DNA of 64,000 bases from an uncultured Candidatus Saccharibacteria bacterium (GCA_964403725.1 CAYOHI010000002.1:21644-85643), one strand, 5' to 3'. Shown: positions 9,155-18,665, counted from the stretch's first letter. A program made the numbers and translations. Notes: a model not told the origin generated them from the letters alone.

Positions 9155-9592
9155 ATGGACATGCCGGAGAAAACACCTCTTTGGGAGGTGTTTGATGTTG
9201 GAAAGACAGCTTGGGATTTGGTCATTAAGGCAATAAGAATCAGATTGTCTATTCCCAGGAAAAACGATGATATACTGCGACAGCTTCGCTTGTGCGTGCA
9301 GGAAGCTGACTGTATGCTTAAAATGATCAAGGATACTAAGTCTAATTTGTCTAAGGTCTCTTCCATGATGACATGGAAGTCTAATATGGGAGAATACATC
9401 GCAAACTGTCTTTGGAGGTTAATGGACCGGCTGGAGGCTGATATCCCTAAAAATTGGCAAGAGAAAATCAATCGGACCGTAGAAAGACATTTGTGGTTCA
9501 TTGATAAATATATCTTTGATTACAGAAAGCGTTGGCAGGAGCTCCGGGGTAGATTCAAATCATTGGCATTTTTTGACAGAAGGGGGTGTTAA
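9155..9592 (+). CDS. hypothetical protein (GC-richer islet gene 1)
   Basis: Strong SD AAGGAGGT 6 nt upstream of the ATG. No recognisable domain. Confidence 0.35.
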   Translation: MDMPEKTPLWEVFDVGKTAWDLVIKAIRIRLSIPRKNDDILRQLRLCVQEADCMLKMIKDTKSNLSKVSSMMTWKSNMGEYIANCLWRLMDRLEADIPKNWQEKINRTVERHLWFIDKYIFDYRKRWQELRGRFKSLAFFDRRGC

Positions 9593-9922
9593 ATGTCTGA
9601 ACACAAGCACAATTGGAGAAAGGTGATGGTATCTAATCCAATAACAGACCCAAGGCAGTACGCCCTTAAAGGGCAAGAGGTTTTCGTTGGTCGGGTCTGT
9701 ATCAGATGCAACGAAGATGAACATCGTAGACCAGGTCCGCCCTGGCAAGTGTGCCATATGTGTGGGTCAGATATGACAGATTGCGGTCAAAAGGATGTCC
9801 TGACCCACCTTTTTGAGTGTAGTCGTACTGGCTGTGGTCATAAGTATCGTAAACGGGAATACGACCCAATTGTTCTGGAGGAACTAACTGTCGCTTCCAA
9901 AGAAGCTGAAGTGGTGGCATAA
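9593..9922 (+). CDS. hypothetical Cys-rich zinc-ribbon-like protein (GC-richer islet gene 2)
   Basis: SD GAAGGGGGTG upstream. CIRC...CHMCGSD...CGQ...CSRTGCGH Cys pairs. Followed by a hairpin. Confidence 0.35.
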   Translation: MSEHKHNWRKVMVSNPITDPRQYALKGQEVFVGRVCIRCNEDEHRRPGPPWQVCHMCGSDMTDCGQKDVLTHLFECSRTGCGHKYRKREYDPIVLEELTVASKEAEVVA

Positions 9923-9935
9923 CCAGGTCCCCTGC

Positions 9936-9964
9936 GCAAAGGCGCCGGGGGCCTTTGCATTTAT
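9936..9964 (+). terminator. putative terminator hairpin
   Basis: Stem GCAAAGGC/GCCTTTGC with loop GCCGGGG, followed by ATTTAT. Confidence 0.35.
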
Positions 9965-9989
9965 CCATCCTTTATGCCAGAATAAAAAT

Positions 9990-11051
9990 ATGCCATTAAG
10001 TATAGGGATAGTTGGCTTGCCAAATGTCGGCAAGTCAACACTTTTCCAAACTTTAACTAAAAAACCAATAGACAGGGCAAATTACCCGTTTTGCACAATT
10101 GATCCCAATGTGGGCGTTGTTACCGTGCCTGATAAAAGGGTGAATGAATTAGCGAAACTAACCAAATCAGCCAAGAAAATATATACTACAATAGAATTTA
10201 TTGATATTGCCGGTCTTGTTGAAGGCGCTCATCAAGGAGAAGGATTAGGGAATAAATTCTTAGCAAACATTAGGGAAACTGATGCTATCCTCTATATCCT
10301 AAGAATTTTTAAAAATGAAAAAATTGTTAACAATCAGAATAAGATTGATCCTTTAGGAGCCAAGGAAACATTAGATACTGAAATGGCTTTGAAGGATTTA
10401 TCAACTTTGGAGAAAAGATTAGTATCACTTGAAAAAGAAGCTAAAAAATCCAAAGAAGCCCAGAAAGAAATGGAAGTTGTCAAAAGTGCTAAAGAAATAT
10501 TGGAAGAAGGGAAACTGCTTTGTGAAAACATTTCAGAAGATGATAGAGAAACATTAAGGCAATACCAGCTACTAACTTTAAAACCAAGACTATTCCTTCT
10601 AAACGGAAACAAGAATGAATTAACTGATGAAATTAAAGAAAAATTTAAAAAAAATAATTATCAGTATTTAACCTTAGACATCCTAAATGAATTTGAAGTA
10701 GATCAATTAAGCAAAGAAGAAAAAGATGATTTGGGAGTGACTAACGATTCAGGATTAGATTCTTTAATTAAAGAGTCATACAAGCTATTAAATCTAATTA
10801 CTTTTCTTACTACGGGGCCTGATGAAACAAGGGCCTGGACCATAGAGAAAGGAAGCACTGCACCTCAAGCTGGAGGTGTAATCCATACTGATTTTGAAAA
10901 AAACTTCATTAAAGCAGATGTCATTTCATATGAAGATTTAATTGAGTCAGGCAGTCTAGCCAAAGCCAGAGAAAAAGGATTGATTAGAATGGAAGGCAAG
11001 GAATATATTATTAAAGACGGTGATGTAATTGAAATTAAGCACGGAGCTTAA
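9990..11051 (+). CDS. ychF: ribosome-binding ATPase YchF (Obg-like ATPase)
   Basis: GIVGLPNVGKSTLF P-loop, NKxD-like region, C-terminal TGS domain (RAWTIEKGSTAPQAGGVIHTDFEKNFI). 353 aa. Confidence 0.9.
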   Translation: MPLSIGIVGLPNVGKSTLFQTLTKKPIDRANYPFCTIDPNVGVVTVPDKRVNELAKLTKSAKKIYTTIEFIDIAGLVEGAHQGEGLGNKFLANIRETDAILYILRIFKNEKIVNNQNKIDPLGAKETLDTEMALKDLSTLEKRLVSLEKEAKKSKEAQKEMEVVKSAKEILEEGKLLCENISEDDRETLRQYQLLTLKPRLFLLNGNKNELTDEIKEKFKKNNYQYLTLDILNEFEVDQLSKEEKDDLGVTNDSGLDSLIKESYKLLNLITFLTTGPDETRAWTIEKGSTAPQAGGVIHTDFEKNFIKADVISYEDLIESGSLAKAREKGLIRMEGKEYIIKDGDVIEIKHGA

Positions 11052-11054
11052 AAT

Positions 11055-11399
11055 ATGGCAAAAAAGATATCCAAAATTAAAGATGCCCAGCAATTAGTCA
11101 AAGATTTTGCCAAAAGGAATAAATGGAAAGATATTCCTAATTTAGATAAATTCGACCATTTGCATGAAGAATTAATTGAAATGTCACAGCATTTGAGATA
11201 CAAGAATGAAAAAGAAAGAAAGCAATTCATTAAAAAGAACAAAGAAATATTCATAGACGGACTAGGAGACCTATTCTTCGGAACATGTCGATTAGCCAAT
11301 CAATTAAACATTGATTTAGAAGAAGCATTTAATTTTGTTAAAGATGAGATATTAGAGAAATATGACCATCAAAAGAAAGAGAATAATATTGTAAAATAG
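11055..11399 (+). CDS. MazG-like nucleotide pyrophosphohydrolase domain protein
   Basis: HLHEELIE...DGLGDLFF all-alpha NTP-PPase-like EExxE/D motifs. Confidence 0.5.
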   Translation: MAKKISKIKDAQQLVKDFAKRNKWKDIPNLDKFDHLHEELIEMSQHLRYKNEKERKQFIKKNKEIFIDGLGDLFFGTCRLANQLNIDLEEAFNFVKDEILEKYDHQKKENNIVK

Positions 11400-11429
11400 G
11401 TTTAATTTAAGTTTGACAGAATAGTAATC

Positions 11430-13286
11430 ATGTGCTATTCTTTTTTTATTGAAATGAAGAAAATACTATCAATATTTCTAATATTGTCCCTGGGAGGGGC
11501 TTTTAGTTTTCCGGCAAATGCCTTTGACAAAAAGGAGGATTTCCCTAAAATTGCCAACTACTATCTCCAGCCTCTGGTTCCAAAGGACCATTATGATGAT
11601 TTGGCTAAGTATGACCTATTAATCCTAGATGTAGACACCCAGACAATTGACACAAGCTTGTTTTCCCAAATTAAGCATTTAAATCCAGAAACCCAATTCT
11701 TAGCATACATCCCAAGCCAAAGCGTTAATACCCAAGATTTAAGTTCCTGGGCCAGATTCAGGAATATGACAAATGATAAAGTTAATCAAGAAAATTGGTG
11801 GCTCAGAGACAGTTCTGGAAACGTTGTTGGACTAGGAGAACCTTGGCCAACAATTAAATTTGTTGACCCAGGCAAAGGCTGGGCAGGTTATTTATCAGAT
11901 TTAGCTAAAAACGACGTGGCTAACAGGGATATTTGGGATGGCATATTCTACGATATGGTCTTTGCCAATATTGATTGGCTAAATAGCGGAGATATCGATA
12001 TTGACCAAGATGGGCAAAAAGATGATCCAAATTCAATCAATCAATACTGGCAAACGCACATCCAAGATCTATTAGATAAGACAAGTTCCAAGGTCAATAA
12101 AGTCATATTAATTAATCTAGATAAAATCAATAGTTATGAAAGTAATTTAGACGGATTTTTAATGGAGAATCTGCCAAGTCCTCATTTGGCAAGTAATTGG
12201 CCTGATTTAATTAATTACTATTTAAACAACCATTTTTCAAAGATAAAGATTATTAATGCTAATACGAATAACGCTGGTCATATGGGAAATTACCAGAAAA
12301 TGAGGTTTGGTTTGACCAGTACGCTTTTAGGAAACGGATATTATTCTTTCGATTTCGGAGATCAGAATCATGGCCAAGTCTGGTGGTATGATGAATACAA
12401 CATTAATCTAGGCAAAGCCATTTCAAATCCAGTCAATCTATTGGATCAGAATAATTCAGAAATTAAGCCAGGACTATGGCGAAGAGATTTTGAACAAGGA
12501 ATTTCTTTAATCAATTCAACAGGCCAAAAACAAACTTACGTTTTCCAAAACGAGCAATTTGAAAAAATTAACGGAACCCAGGACAGAAGAGTAAACAACG
12601 GGACTAAAATTAATTTGGTTACCATAGATTCAAACGATGGAATTGTCTTGCTAAAGACAAATCAGGAAATTAGGAATAGCGATTTCAAAAACGGAAGCTT
12701 TGTCAGAGTTTTTAACAAAGAAGGCCAACAGACCCAAAACGGATTCTTTGCCTTTAAAAGCCAGTTTCCAGGCAATGTTCAAATCTTAGTGACTGATCTG
12801 GATAATGACAATCAGGATGAAACATTGGTCAATGGCAATGGAATAATTTCAATTTACAAAAACGATAGAAAAATTAAAGAATTCAAGCCATACGATTTTG
12901 AAGGCGATGTTTTTGTTTCTGTTGGTGATATAGATGGTAATGGAACAAATGAAATTGTAACTGGCGTGGGTTTGGGTGGCGGACCACATGTAAAGATTTT
13001 AAATCAAAACGGAGAAACCATTAACGAATTCATGGCCTATGACGAGAGATTTCGAGGCGGAGTGAATTTATCTCTGGGAGACGTTAATGATGACGGATAC
13101 GATGAAATCATTACCGGAGCTGGGCCAACCGGCGGACCGCATGTCAAAGTATTCAACAGATACAACACAGTCTTAAACGAATTCATGGCATATGATGAGA
13201 ATAACAGGGATGGTATAATGATTATGAGTGATGATTTGGATAATGATAATATAAATGAAATTTTAGTTGGAATAATTAATTTTTAA
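11430..13286 (+). CDS. secreted protein with C-terminal FG-GAP/beta-propeller-like repeats
   Basis: Signal peptide. Repeated DxDxDGxxE-type loops (DLDNDNQDE, DIDGNGTNEIVTG, DVNDDGYDEIITG) each followed by GGPHVKxxN. Confidence 0.5.
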   Translation: MCYSFFIEMKKILSIFLILSLGGAFSFPANAFDKKEDFPKIANYYLQPLVPKDHYDDLAKYDLLILDVDTQTIDTSLFSQIKHLNPETQFLAYIPSQSVNTQDLSSWARFRNMTNDKVNQENWWLRDSSGNVVGLGEPWPTIKFVDPGKGWAGYLSDLAKNDVANRDIWDGIFYDMVFANIDWLNSGDIDIDQDGQKDDPNSINQYWQTHIQDLLDKTSSKVNKVILINLDKINSYESNLDGFLMENLPSPHLASNWPDLINYYLNNHFSKIKIINANTNNAGHMGNYQKMRFGLTSTLLGNGYYSFDFGDQNHGQVWWYDEYNINLGKAISNPVNLLDQNNSEIKPGLWRRDFEQGISLINSTGQKQTYVFQNEQFEKINGTQDRRVNNGTKINLVTIDSNDGIVLLKTNQEIRNSDFKNGSFVRVFNKEGQQTQNGFFAFKSQFPGNVQILVTDLDNDNQDETLVNGNGIISIYKNDRKIKEFKPYDFEGDVFVSVGDIDGNGTNEIVTGVGLGGGPHVKILNQNGETINEFMAYDERFRGGVNLSLGDVNDDGYDEIITGAGPTGGPHVKVFNRYNTVLNEFMAYDENNRDGIMIMSDDLDNDNINEILVGIINF

Positions 13287-13290
13287 AAAT

Positions 13291-13986
13291 ATGACAAAAA
13301 AATACAACAAAAACTATTGTGTCTTTCTAGCTTTCATCACCATTATTGCCATGGGACTTGTTTGGTATTACAGCCAGGCAACAGTTGATGAGCTTAATAT
13401 GCTAACTGGCAATATTAGCAGTCTTGTTATTGAGAAAAAAGACAAGCCAGCAGATGATCCGAAAGATAAAAACAATCTAGAAGAAGAATTTACCTGCAGC
13501 CAACCAGTCTTAAAGGTAAATTCAGCCGGATATTACTATGGACCCCAAGGAGACCAACTAGGGGTTGGTCCTTTGCCGCCCAAAGCTGGAGTTCAAACCA
13601 GCTATTGGGTTTTCTGGGAAATTTCAGATTTAAACGAAGATTTGGAAAACTTTGAAATTACAGCCCAATTACCAGACAGAGTTGTTTGGAATAATAAAAA
13701 AACTGCTTTAGCTGGTAGTCTGCAGTATGGCGAGATAACCAGAAAAGTAATCTGGACAGCTGATGAGGTTAATAAGAAAGGAACTTACAAAGTTGGATTT
13801 GAAATTGGCTTGATTCCAGAAAATGAAGATATAGGCAAAATCCTAAATCTATTGACTAATATCAAATACAATGGTATAGATAAGAGTTGTGGTGAAAAAG
13901 TTAGCGGTAATTTAGCTAATATCACTACAGATTTAAAAGAAGATAAGCTGGGAGGCAATAAAGGAACAGTTGTTCCTTTTGAGTGA
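13291..13986 (+). CDS. membrane-anchored secreted hypothetical protein
   Basis: N-terminal TM anchor, no recognisable domain. Adjacent to, and likely co-transcribed with, the FG-GAP protein. Confidence 0.4.
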   Translation: MTKKYNKNYCVFLAFITIIAMGLVWYYSQATVDELNMLTGNISSLVIEKKDKPADDPKDKNNLEEEFTCSQPVLKVNSAGYYYGPQGDQLGVGPLPPKAGVQTSYWVFWEISDLNEDLENFEITAQLPDRVVWNNKKTALAGSLQYGEITRKVIWTADEVNKKGTYKVGFEIGLIPENEDIGKILNLLTNIKYNGIDKSCGEKVSGNLANITTDLKEDKLGGNKGTVVPFE

Positions 13987-14037
13987 TAGTTGGTAAGAAT
14001 GATTCGTTTTTCGCAACACTAACTAAAGGGGGTAGTG

Positions 14038-14214
14038 ATGGCAGGAAAATGTGAAGGCGGATGTCCGTATTGCAGCGACGAAGAGAGATGTCCGACCAAA
14101 GAGGAGTTGGGCAGTTGCTGTAATCTTTCGGCAAAACGGCAGTGTTGTAGCGGCGACCAGAAAGAGGGTTGCTGTGGCGGCCAAAACTGTGGCGGAGGCG
14201 GCTGCTCGAAATAA
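14038..14214 (+). CDS. 58-aa cysteine-rich small peptide (13 Cys), not in the ORF track
   Basis: SD AAAGGGGG 5 nt upstream of the ATG. In-frame stop upstream at 14020. Sequence MAGKCEGGCPYCSDEERCPTKEELGSCCNLSAKRQCCSGDQKEGCCGGQNCGGGGCSK. Strong terminator downstream. Confidence 0.4.
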   Translation: MAGKCEGGCPYCSDEERCPTKEELGSCCNLSAKRQCCSGDQKEGCCGGQNCGGGGCSK

Positions 14215-14241
14215 GAGTAGCCAGTAAAACGGCATAAAAAG

Positions 14242-14270
14242 CGGCAGGGTATCCAAGACCCTGCCGTTTT
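14242..14270 (+). terminator. rho-independent terminator
   Basis: Stem CGGCAGGGT/ACCCTGCCG with loop atccaag, then TTTT. Confidence 0.6.
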
Positions 14271-14309
14271 CCTTGCTTAATAAATTTTTTTAAGATAACA
14301 TAATTCTAG

Positions 14310-15848
14310 ATGCTAACCAAAGACCAATACTATTTAAAATTAGGCAAAGCACCTGATTTGAAAGATTCTAAAGAGCGATTCATTTATCGTTTCTTTGAAA
14401 TTATACCTGGCACTCTAGCTTGGGCTACGATTCTAGGCGTGATTTTCTTTTCTTGGTATAGGCCAGTTTGGGTGGCTTTTTTCATTATTGCTTTTGACGT
14501 TTACTGGGTCCTGAAAACCATATATTTCTCAGTCCATCTGAGAGCCAGTTACAAGCAGATGAAGAAGAATATGAAGATTGATTGGTTTAGTAAAGTCAAA
14601 GAACAAAAAGACTGGCAAAGAATTCATCACCTATTAATCCTTCCTTTTTACAAAGAGCCATATGATGTGATTGCAAAAACATTACAAGCTTTAGTTGATT
14701 CTGATTATCCAAAAGACAAAATGATTGTTGTCCTGGGAGCTGAAGAAAGAGTTGGAAAACCAGCTCAAGAAATTTTAAAAAAAGCAGAAAAAGAATTTGG
14801 CCATAAATTTTTTAAATTCTTAGGGACAACGCATATTTTAAAAGAGGGTGAAATGGCTGCCAAAGGAGCGAACAGTACATGGGCAATCAGACAAGTCAAA
14901 AGAGAGATTATTGATCCTTTGAAAATCTCATATGAAGATATTGTTGTCTCATGCGGCGATGTTGATACTGTATTTTTACCTAAGTATTTTTCAATATTAA
15001 CTTATCACTATTTGACAGTTGATAAGCCAACCAGAACTGGTTATCAGCCAATTCCTGTTTTTAATAATAATATTTGGCAAACATCATGCTTTTCCAGAGT
15101 AGTGGCTACTTCAGGAACTTTCTGGCAAATGATTCAGCAAATGAGACCAGAAAGATTATCTAGTTTCTCTTCTCAATCATTGAGCTTCAAGACCTTGGTT
15201 GACGTTGATTTCTGGCCAGTTAACATGGTTTCAGAAGATTCAAGAATATTCTGGCAGAATCTACTTTACTATGATGGAGATTATAAAGTGGTTCCTTTGT
15301 ATTATCCTGTTTCAATGGATGCTAACTTAGCTGACAACTTTTGGCAAACTTCAGCCAATGTCTACAGACAGCAGAAACGCTGGGGTTGGGGAGTAGAGAA
15401 TATCCCATATTTACTATTTGGATTTTTAAAAAACAAGAAAATTTCTAAAAAAATTAAATGGCATTGGACTTGGGTCCAATTTGAAGGATTTTGGTCTTGG
15501 GCAACCAATGCCTTATTAATATTCATGCTTGGTTGGCTACCACTGTATTTGGGCGGAGATTGGTTCAATGCCACAATCCTTTCATACAATTTGCCGTTTA
15601 TAACCAGGACCTTGATGAACATCGCTATGATCGGCTTGATTGGCTCAGCAATCTATTCAACTTTACTTTTGCCAAAAAGACCAAAGGATTTTGGAATTTT
15701 AAAGCATTTAGGAATGGTTATCCAGTGGATATTAGTGCCTTTCACTATTCTGATCTTTGGGGCCATTCCAGGACTAGAAGCCCAGACTAGACTGTTACTA
15801 GGGAAATATATGGGTTTTTGGGTAACGCCTAAGAAGCATAAAAAGTAG
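14310..15848 (+). CDS. family-2 glycosyltransferase, processive type (membrane)
   Basis: D/D/D region (VVSCGDVDT) and QQKRW (QxxRW) motif, plus multiple TM helices. Cellulose/chitin-synthase-like architecture. Confidence 0.55.
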   Translation: MLTKDQYYLKLGKAPDLKDSKERFIYRFFEIIPGTLAWATILGVIFFSWYRPVWVAFFIIAFDVYWVLKTIYFSVHLRASYKQMKKNMKIDWFSKVKEQKDWQRIHHLLILPFYKEPYDVIAKTLQALVDSDYPKDKMIVVLGAEERVGKPAQEILKKAEKEFGHKFFKFLGTTHILKEGEMAAKGANSTWAIRQVKREIIDPLKISYEDIVVSCGDVDTVFLPKYFSILTYHYLTVDKPTRTGYQPIPVFNNNIWQTSCFSRVVATSGTFWQMIQQMRPERLSSFSSQSLSFKTLVDVDFWPVNMVSEDSRIFWQNLLYYDGDYKVVPLYYPVSMDANLADNFWQTSANVYRQQKRWGWGVENIPYLLFGFLKNKKISKKIKWHWTWVQFEGFWSWATNALLIFMLGWLPLYLGGDWFNATILSYNLPFITRTLMNIAMIGLIGSAIYSTLLLPKRPKDFGILKHLGMVIQWILVPFTILIFGAIPGLEAQTRLLLGKYMGFWVTPKKHKK

Positions 15849-15884
15849 AAAGGCCGCATCCATTTGGATACGACCTTCTTGGTG

Positions 15885-15916
15885 AGTCTCTGTCCGTACA
15901 GAGACTTTTATTTTTT
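15885..15916 (+). terminator. rho-independent terminator
   Basis: Stem AGTCTCTG/CAGAGACT with loop tccgta, then TTTTATTTTTT. Confidence 0.6.
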
Positions 15917-16029
15917 GTGGGGTTCGACTCGCTACTATTGAATCGCTCTCGAGAAAGAACAAAAATTCATTAGCAGCGAGCGAACCATTTTCAATGATAC
16001 TCATTTTTTTTATTTAGTCAAGGATTTAA

Positions 16030-16058
16030 AAAGCCGGAAACACTAAGTTTCCGGCTTT
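16030..16058. terminator. bidirectional terminator hairpin (serves the minus-strand gene 16117..16506)
   Basis: Perfect 12-bp stem AAAGCCGGAAAC/GTTTCCGGCTTT with loop actaa and T-runs on both sides. Confidence 0.55.
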
Positions 16059-16116
16059 GTTGATTTTAATTTGACGACTAGGTGTCTCGAGAGCTTGCGC
16101 TCACCTAGTCGTGAAA

Positions 16117-16506
16117 TTAAGATAGAGGTTGGCAGAACTTCCTGAATTTGTACAGGGGTTCTGCGGTTTCGGCACAGGTCGTGCAATGCATTGTTTGCGG
16201 TACTTGCCTCAATCTAGGCGTGGGGATCTCGTCTTCGCAGACAATGCAGATGCCATATCGGCCTTCTTTTATTGCTCGAATAGCGTGACTGAAGGCGCAT
16301 AGTAGAGCATTTAGGCTTTGAATGCGAGCCGATGAAACATGAGAAACGAGCGAACAATTGTTTTCGGGTTTGCAATCCCGATCAGGTACCCGTAATTCCT
16401 GTTTCGCTTCTTCTAGTTTCTTTCGATAAAATCCCTGGACTGTCTCTAAAAAATCAATACTAGGTCTTCCAGGGTACCTTGCCTTAATTACTTCCAACGA
16501 ATCCAT
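16117..16506 (-). CDS. DksA/TraR-family C4 zinc-finger protein
   Basis: CIVC-x17-CTTC (CxxC-x17-CxxC) near the C-terminus. GC-richer than the flanks. Confidence 0.5.
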   Translation of the reverse strand: MDSLEVIKARYPGRPSIDFLETVQGFYRKKLEEAKQELRVPDRDCKPENNCSLVSHVSSARIQSLNALLCAFSHAIRAIKEGRYGICIVCEDEIPTPRLRQVPQTMHCTTCAETAEPLYKFRKFCQPLS

Positions 16507-16580
16507 GTATTACCTCTCTAATATGGGGTTAATAAAACGTACTAATATATATTATACACAAAATACAGAATTTGTCAATG

Positions 16581-18665
16581 TTATTCCAAATGAATGTCTT
16601 GATGGAAATTTTCAATTCTTTTCTCCATGTCAGGATTGATCATCTCATTCTCAATTACCAAATTAGCAGCCTGTCTGCTTTTTTTAATTAATTCCAAATC
16701 ATCTAAAGAAGCCATGGCTAAATCAGGTAATCCCCACTGTCTAGTGCCGATAAAATTGCCAGGACCTCTTAATTTCAAATCTTTTTCTGCTAATTCAAAG
16801 CCATCTTTAGCTTTAATTATGGCTTTTAATCTCTCGTCGGTCTTTTGGGTCTCTGAATCGGTGAAAAGGAAGCAATATGACTGGTGTTTGCCTCTGCCAA
16901 TTCTGCCTCTGAATTGATGCAGCTGGGAAAGGCCAAATCTGTCAGCTCCTTCAATAATCATAACTGTCGCATTAGGTATATCAACGCCAACTTCAATGAC
17001 TGAAGTTGAAACCAAAATATCTGTTTTGCCATCTTTGAAATCTTTCATTATTTTTTCTTTTTCTTTTGGCTTTAATTTCCCATGAAGCATGTCTGTCTGA
17101 AAATGCGGGAAGATTTCTTTGGAAAGCATTTCATGCTCTTGAGAAACTGATTTAACATCTAATTTTTCTGATTCGTCAATTAAAGGACAAATGACAAAAA
17201 CTTGCCTTTTCTTCTTAATTTGCTTGGTTATGAAATCATATGCTTCTTGTCTTTTGTCCGGGGTAACTAGTTCAGTAATGATTTTCTGCCTTCCTTTGGG
17301 CAATTCTTTGATTAAAGAAATATCAAGATCGCCATAAATTGTCAAAGCCAGAGTCCTGGGAATTGGCGTAGCAGTCATTGATAAAAGATGAGGGATAGTT
17401 GGCAGGCCGTCTTCCATATTGTATATCTTTTTCTGCAAAGCTGCTCTTTGGGCAACGCCAAATCTGTGCTGTTCATCAATGATGGCCAGGGCTAAGTTTT
17501 TAAAAGACATATTCTCTTGAATCAAGGCATGGGTGCCAATGATAATATCTACATTTCCATTCAATATTTCTTTTTTTAATTGAGGTTTAGTGATTTTTTC
17601 CTTACTGCTAATATCCTTATCTGTTCCAGTTAAAAGACCAACAGTTAATTTTTGTTTTTTTAAGAAATTAACAAAGCTCTCATAATGCTGCCTAGCCAAT
17701 ATTTCAGTTGGCGCCATCAGGGCCACCTGGTACCCGGCTTTAGCGGTCTCTAAAGCAGCCATCAGGGCAACGATGGTTTTGCCTGATCCGACATCGCCGT
17801 TCATTAATCTGTTCATGGGCTGGTTTTTAGACATGTCCTGGAATATTTCCCAAGCAGCCAGACGCTGGTCATTAGTTAATTTAAAAGGCAAGCTTTTGAC
17901 AAAAGATTTAATTAATTTTTGATTAAATTCAACACTGATTGATTTTTCTTTGTTGTATCTTCTCTTTTGCAAAAGAGTTGTTAATTGAATTAAAAAAAGC
18001 TCGTCAAAGCTCAATCTTTGGCGGGCTTTCTGGGCAAAGGAAAGATTTTCAGGGAAATGAATTTGCTTAATGGCTTCGCTTAAGTTCAATAATTCAAATT
18101 TCTTCTTAATCCCATCGGGTAAAAAATCCGTAAAATGATCTGTTAAATAGGTGATGGGCTTAATGATGTATCTAATGTATCTAGAGCTTAATCCTTCTGT
18201 TTCGTGATAGACGGGAACCAAGCGACCGGTATGAACTGTGTCTAATTTAGCTAATTCATAGGCGGGATTAGACAGACAAAGAGTTTTTTTAGAAAAAGTA
18301 AGTTTGCCTGAAAGGCTAATGACTCTTCCTTTTTTTAGACTCTGGGTTAAGTATGGCTGGTTATACCAGACAACTTTAATACTGCCAGTGTCATCTTTAA
18401 TTAAAGCTTCAGTTAGAATTAATTTTCTCTTTATTCTCTGATAGGGAATCCTAATATTCTTAATATCTACAATTTCTCCCTGGACGGTTGCTTTTTGGCC
18501 TTCTTTTAACTGACTAATGGGAACAGTTTGTGAAAAATCCTCATAGCGGTGGGGAAAATGAAAAAATAGGTCCCGGACGCTTTTGATATTAAGCTTATGC
18601 AGCTTTTTCAAATATGCGGGACCTACTTTGGAAATATCTTCAATTTTTGATGATAATGATAACAT
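16581..18665 (-). CDS. recG: ATP-dependent DNA helicase RecG
   Basis: GDVGSGKT Walker A, DEQHRFGV box, TATPIPRTLA motif, wedge-domain N-terminus. Start trimmed to MLSLSS because the ORF-track start at 18710 runs through a tRNA gene. Confidence 0.9.
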   Translation of the reverse strand: MLSLSSKIEDISKVGPAYLKKLHKLNIKSVRDLFFHFPHRYEDFSQTVPISQLKEGQKATVQGEIVDIKNIRIPYQRIKRKLILTEALIKDDTGSIKVVWYNQPYLTQSLKKGRVISLSGKLTFSKKTLCLSNPAYELAKLDTVHTGRLVPVYHETEGLSSRYIRYIIKPITYLTDHFTDFLPDGIKKKFELLNLSEAIKQIHFPENLSFAQKARQRLSFDELFLIQLTTLLQKRRYNKEKSISVEFNQKLIKSFVKSLPFKLTNDQRLAAWEIFQDMSKNQPMNRLMNGDVGSGKTIVALMAALETAKAGYQVALMAPTEILARQHYESFVNFLKKQKLTVGLLTGTDKDISSKEKITKPQLKKEILNGNVDIIIGTHALIQENMSFKNLALAIIDEQHRFGVAQRAALQKKIYNMEDGLPTIPHLLSMTATPIPRTLALTIYGDLDISLIKELPKGRQKIITELVTPDKRQEAYDFITKQIKKKRQVFVICPLIDESEKLDVKSVSQEHEMLSKEIFPHFQTDMLHGKLKPKEKEKIMKDFKDGKTDILVSTSVIEVGVDIPNATVMIIEGADRFGLSQLHQFRGRIGRGKHQSYCFLFTDSETQKTDERLKAIIKAKDGFELAEKDLKLRGPGNFIGTRQWGLPDLAMASLDDLELIKKSRQAANLVIENEMINPDMEKRIENFHQDIHLE

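Noticed and set aside
13925-14256. Minus-strand ORFs 13925..14134 and 14023..14256.
   Set aside because: They are antisense to the plus-strand 58-aa Cys-rich ORF, which has an SD, an upstream in-frame stop and a terminator. The minus frames lack ribosome-binding sites and translate to low-complexity sequence.
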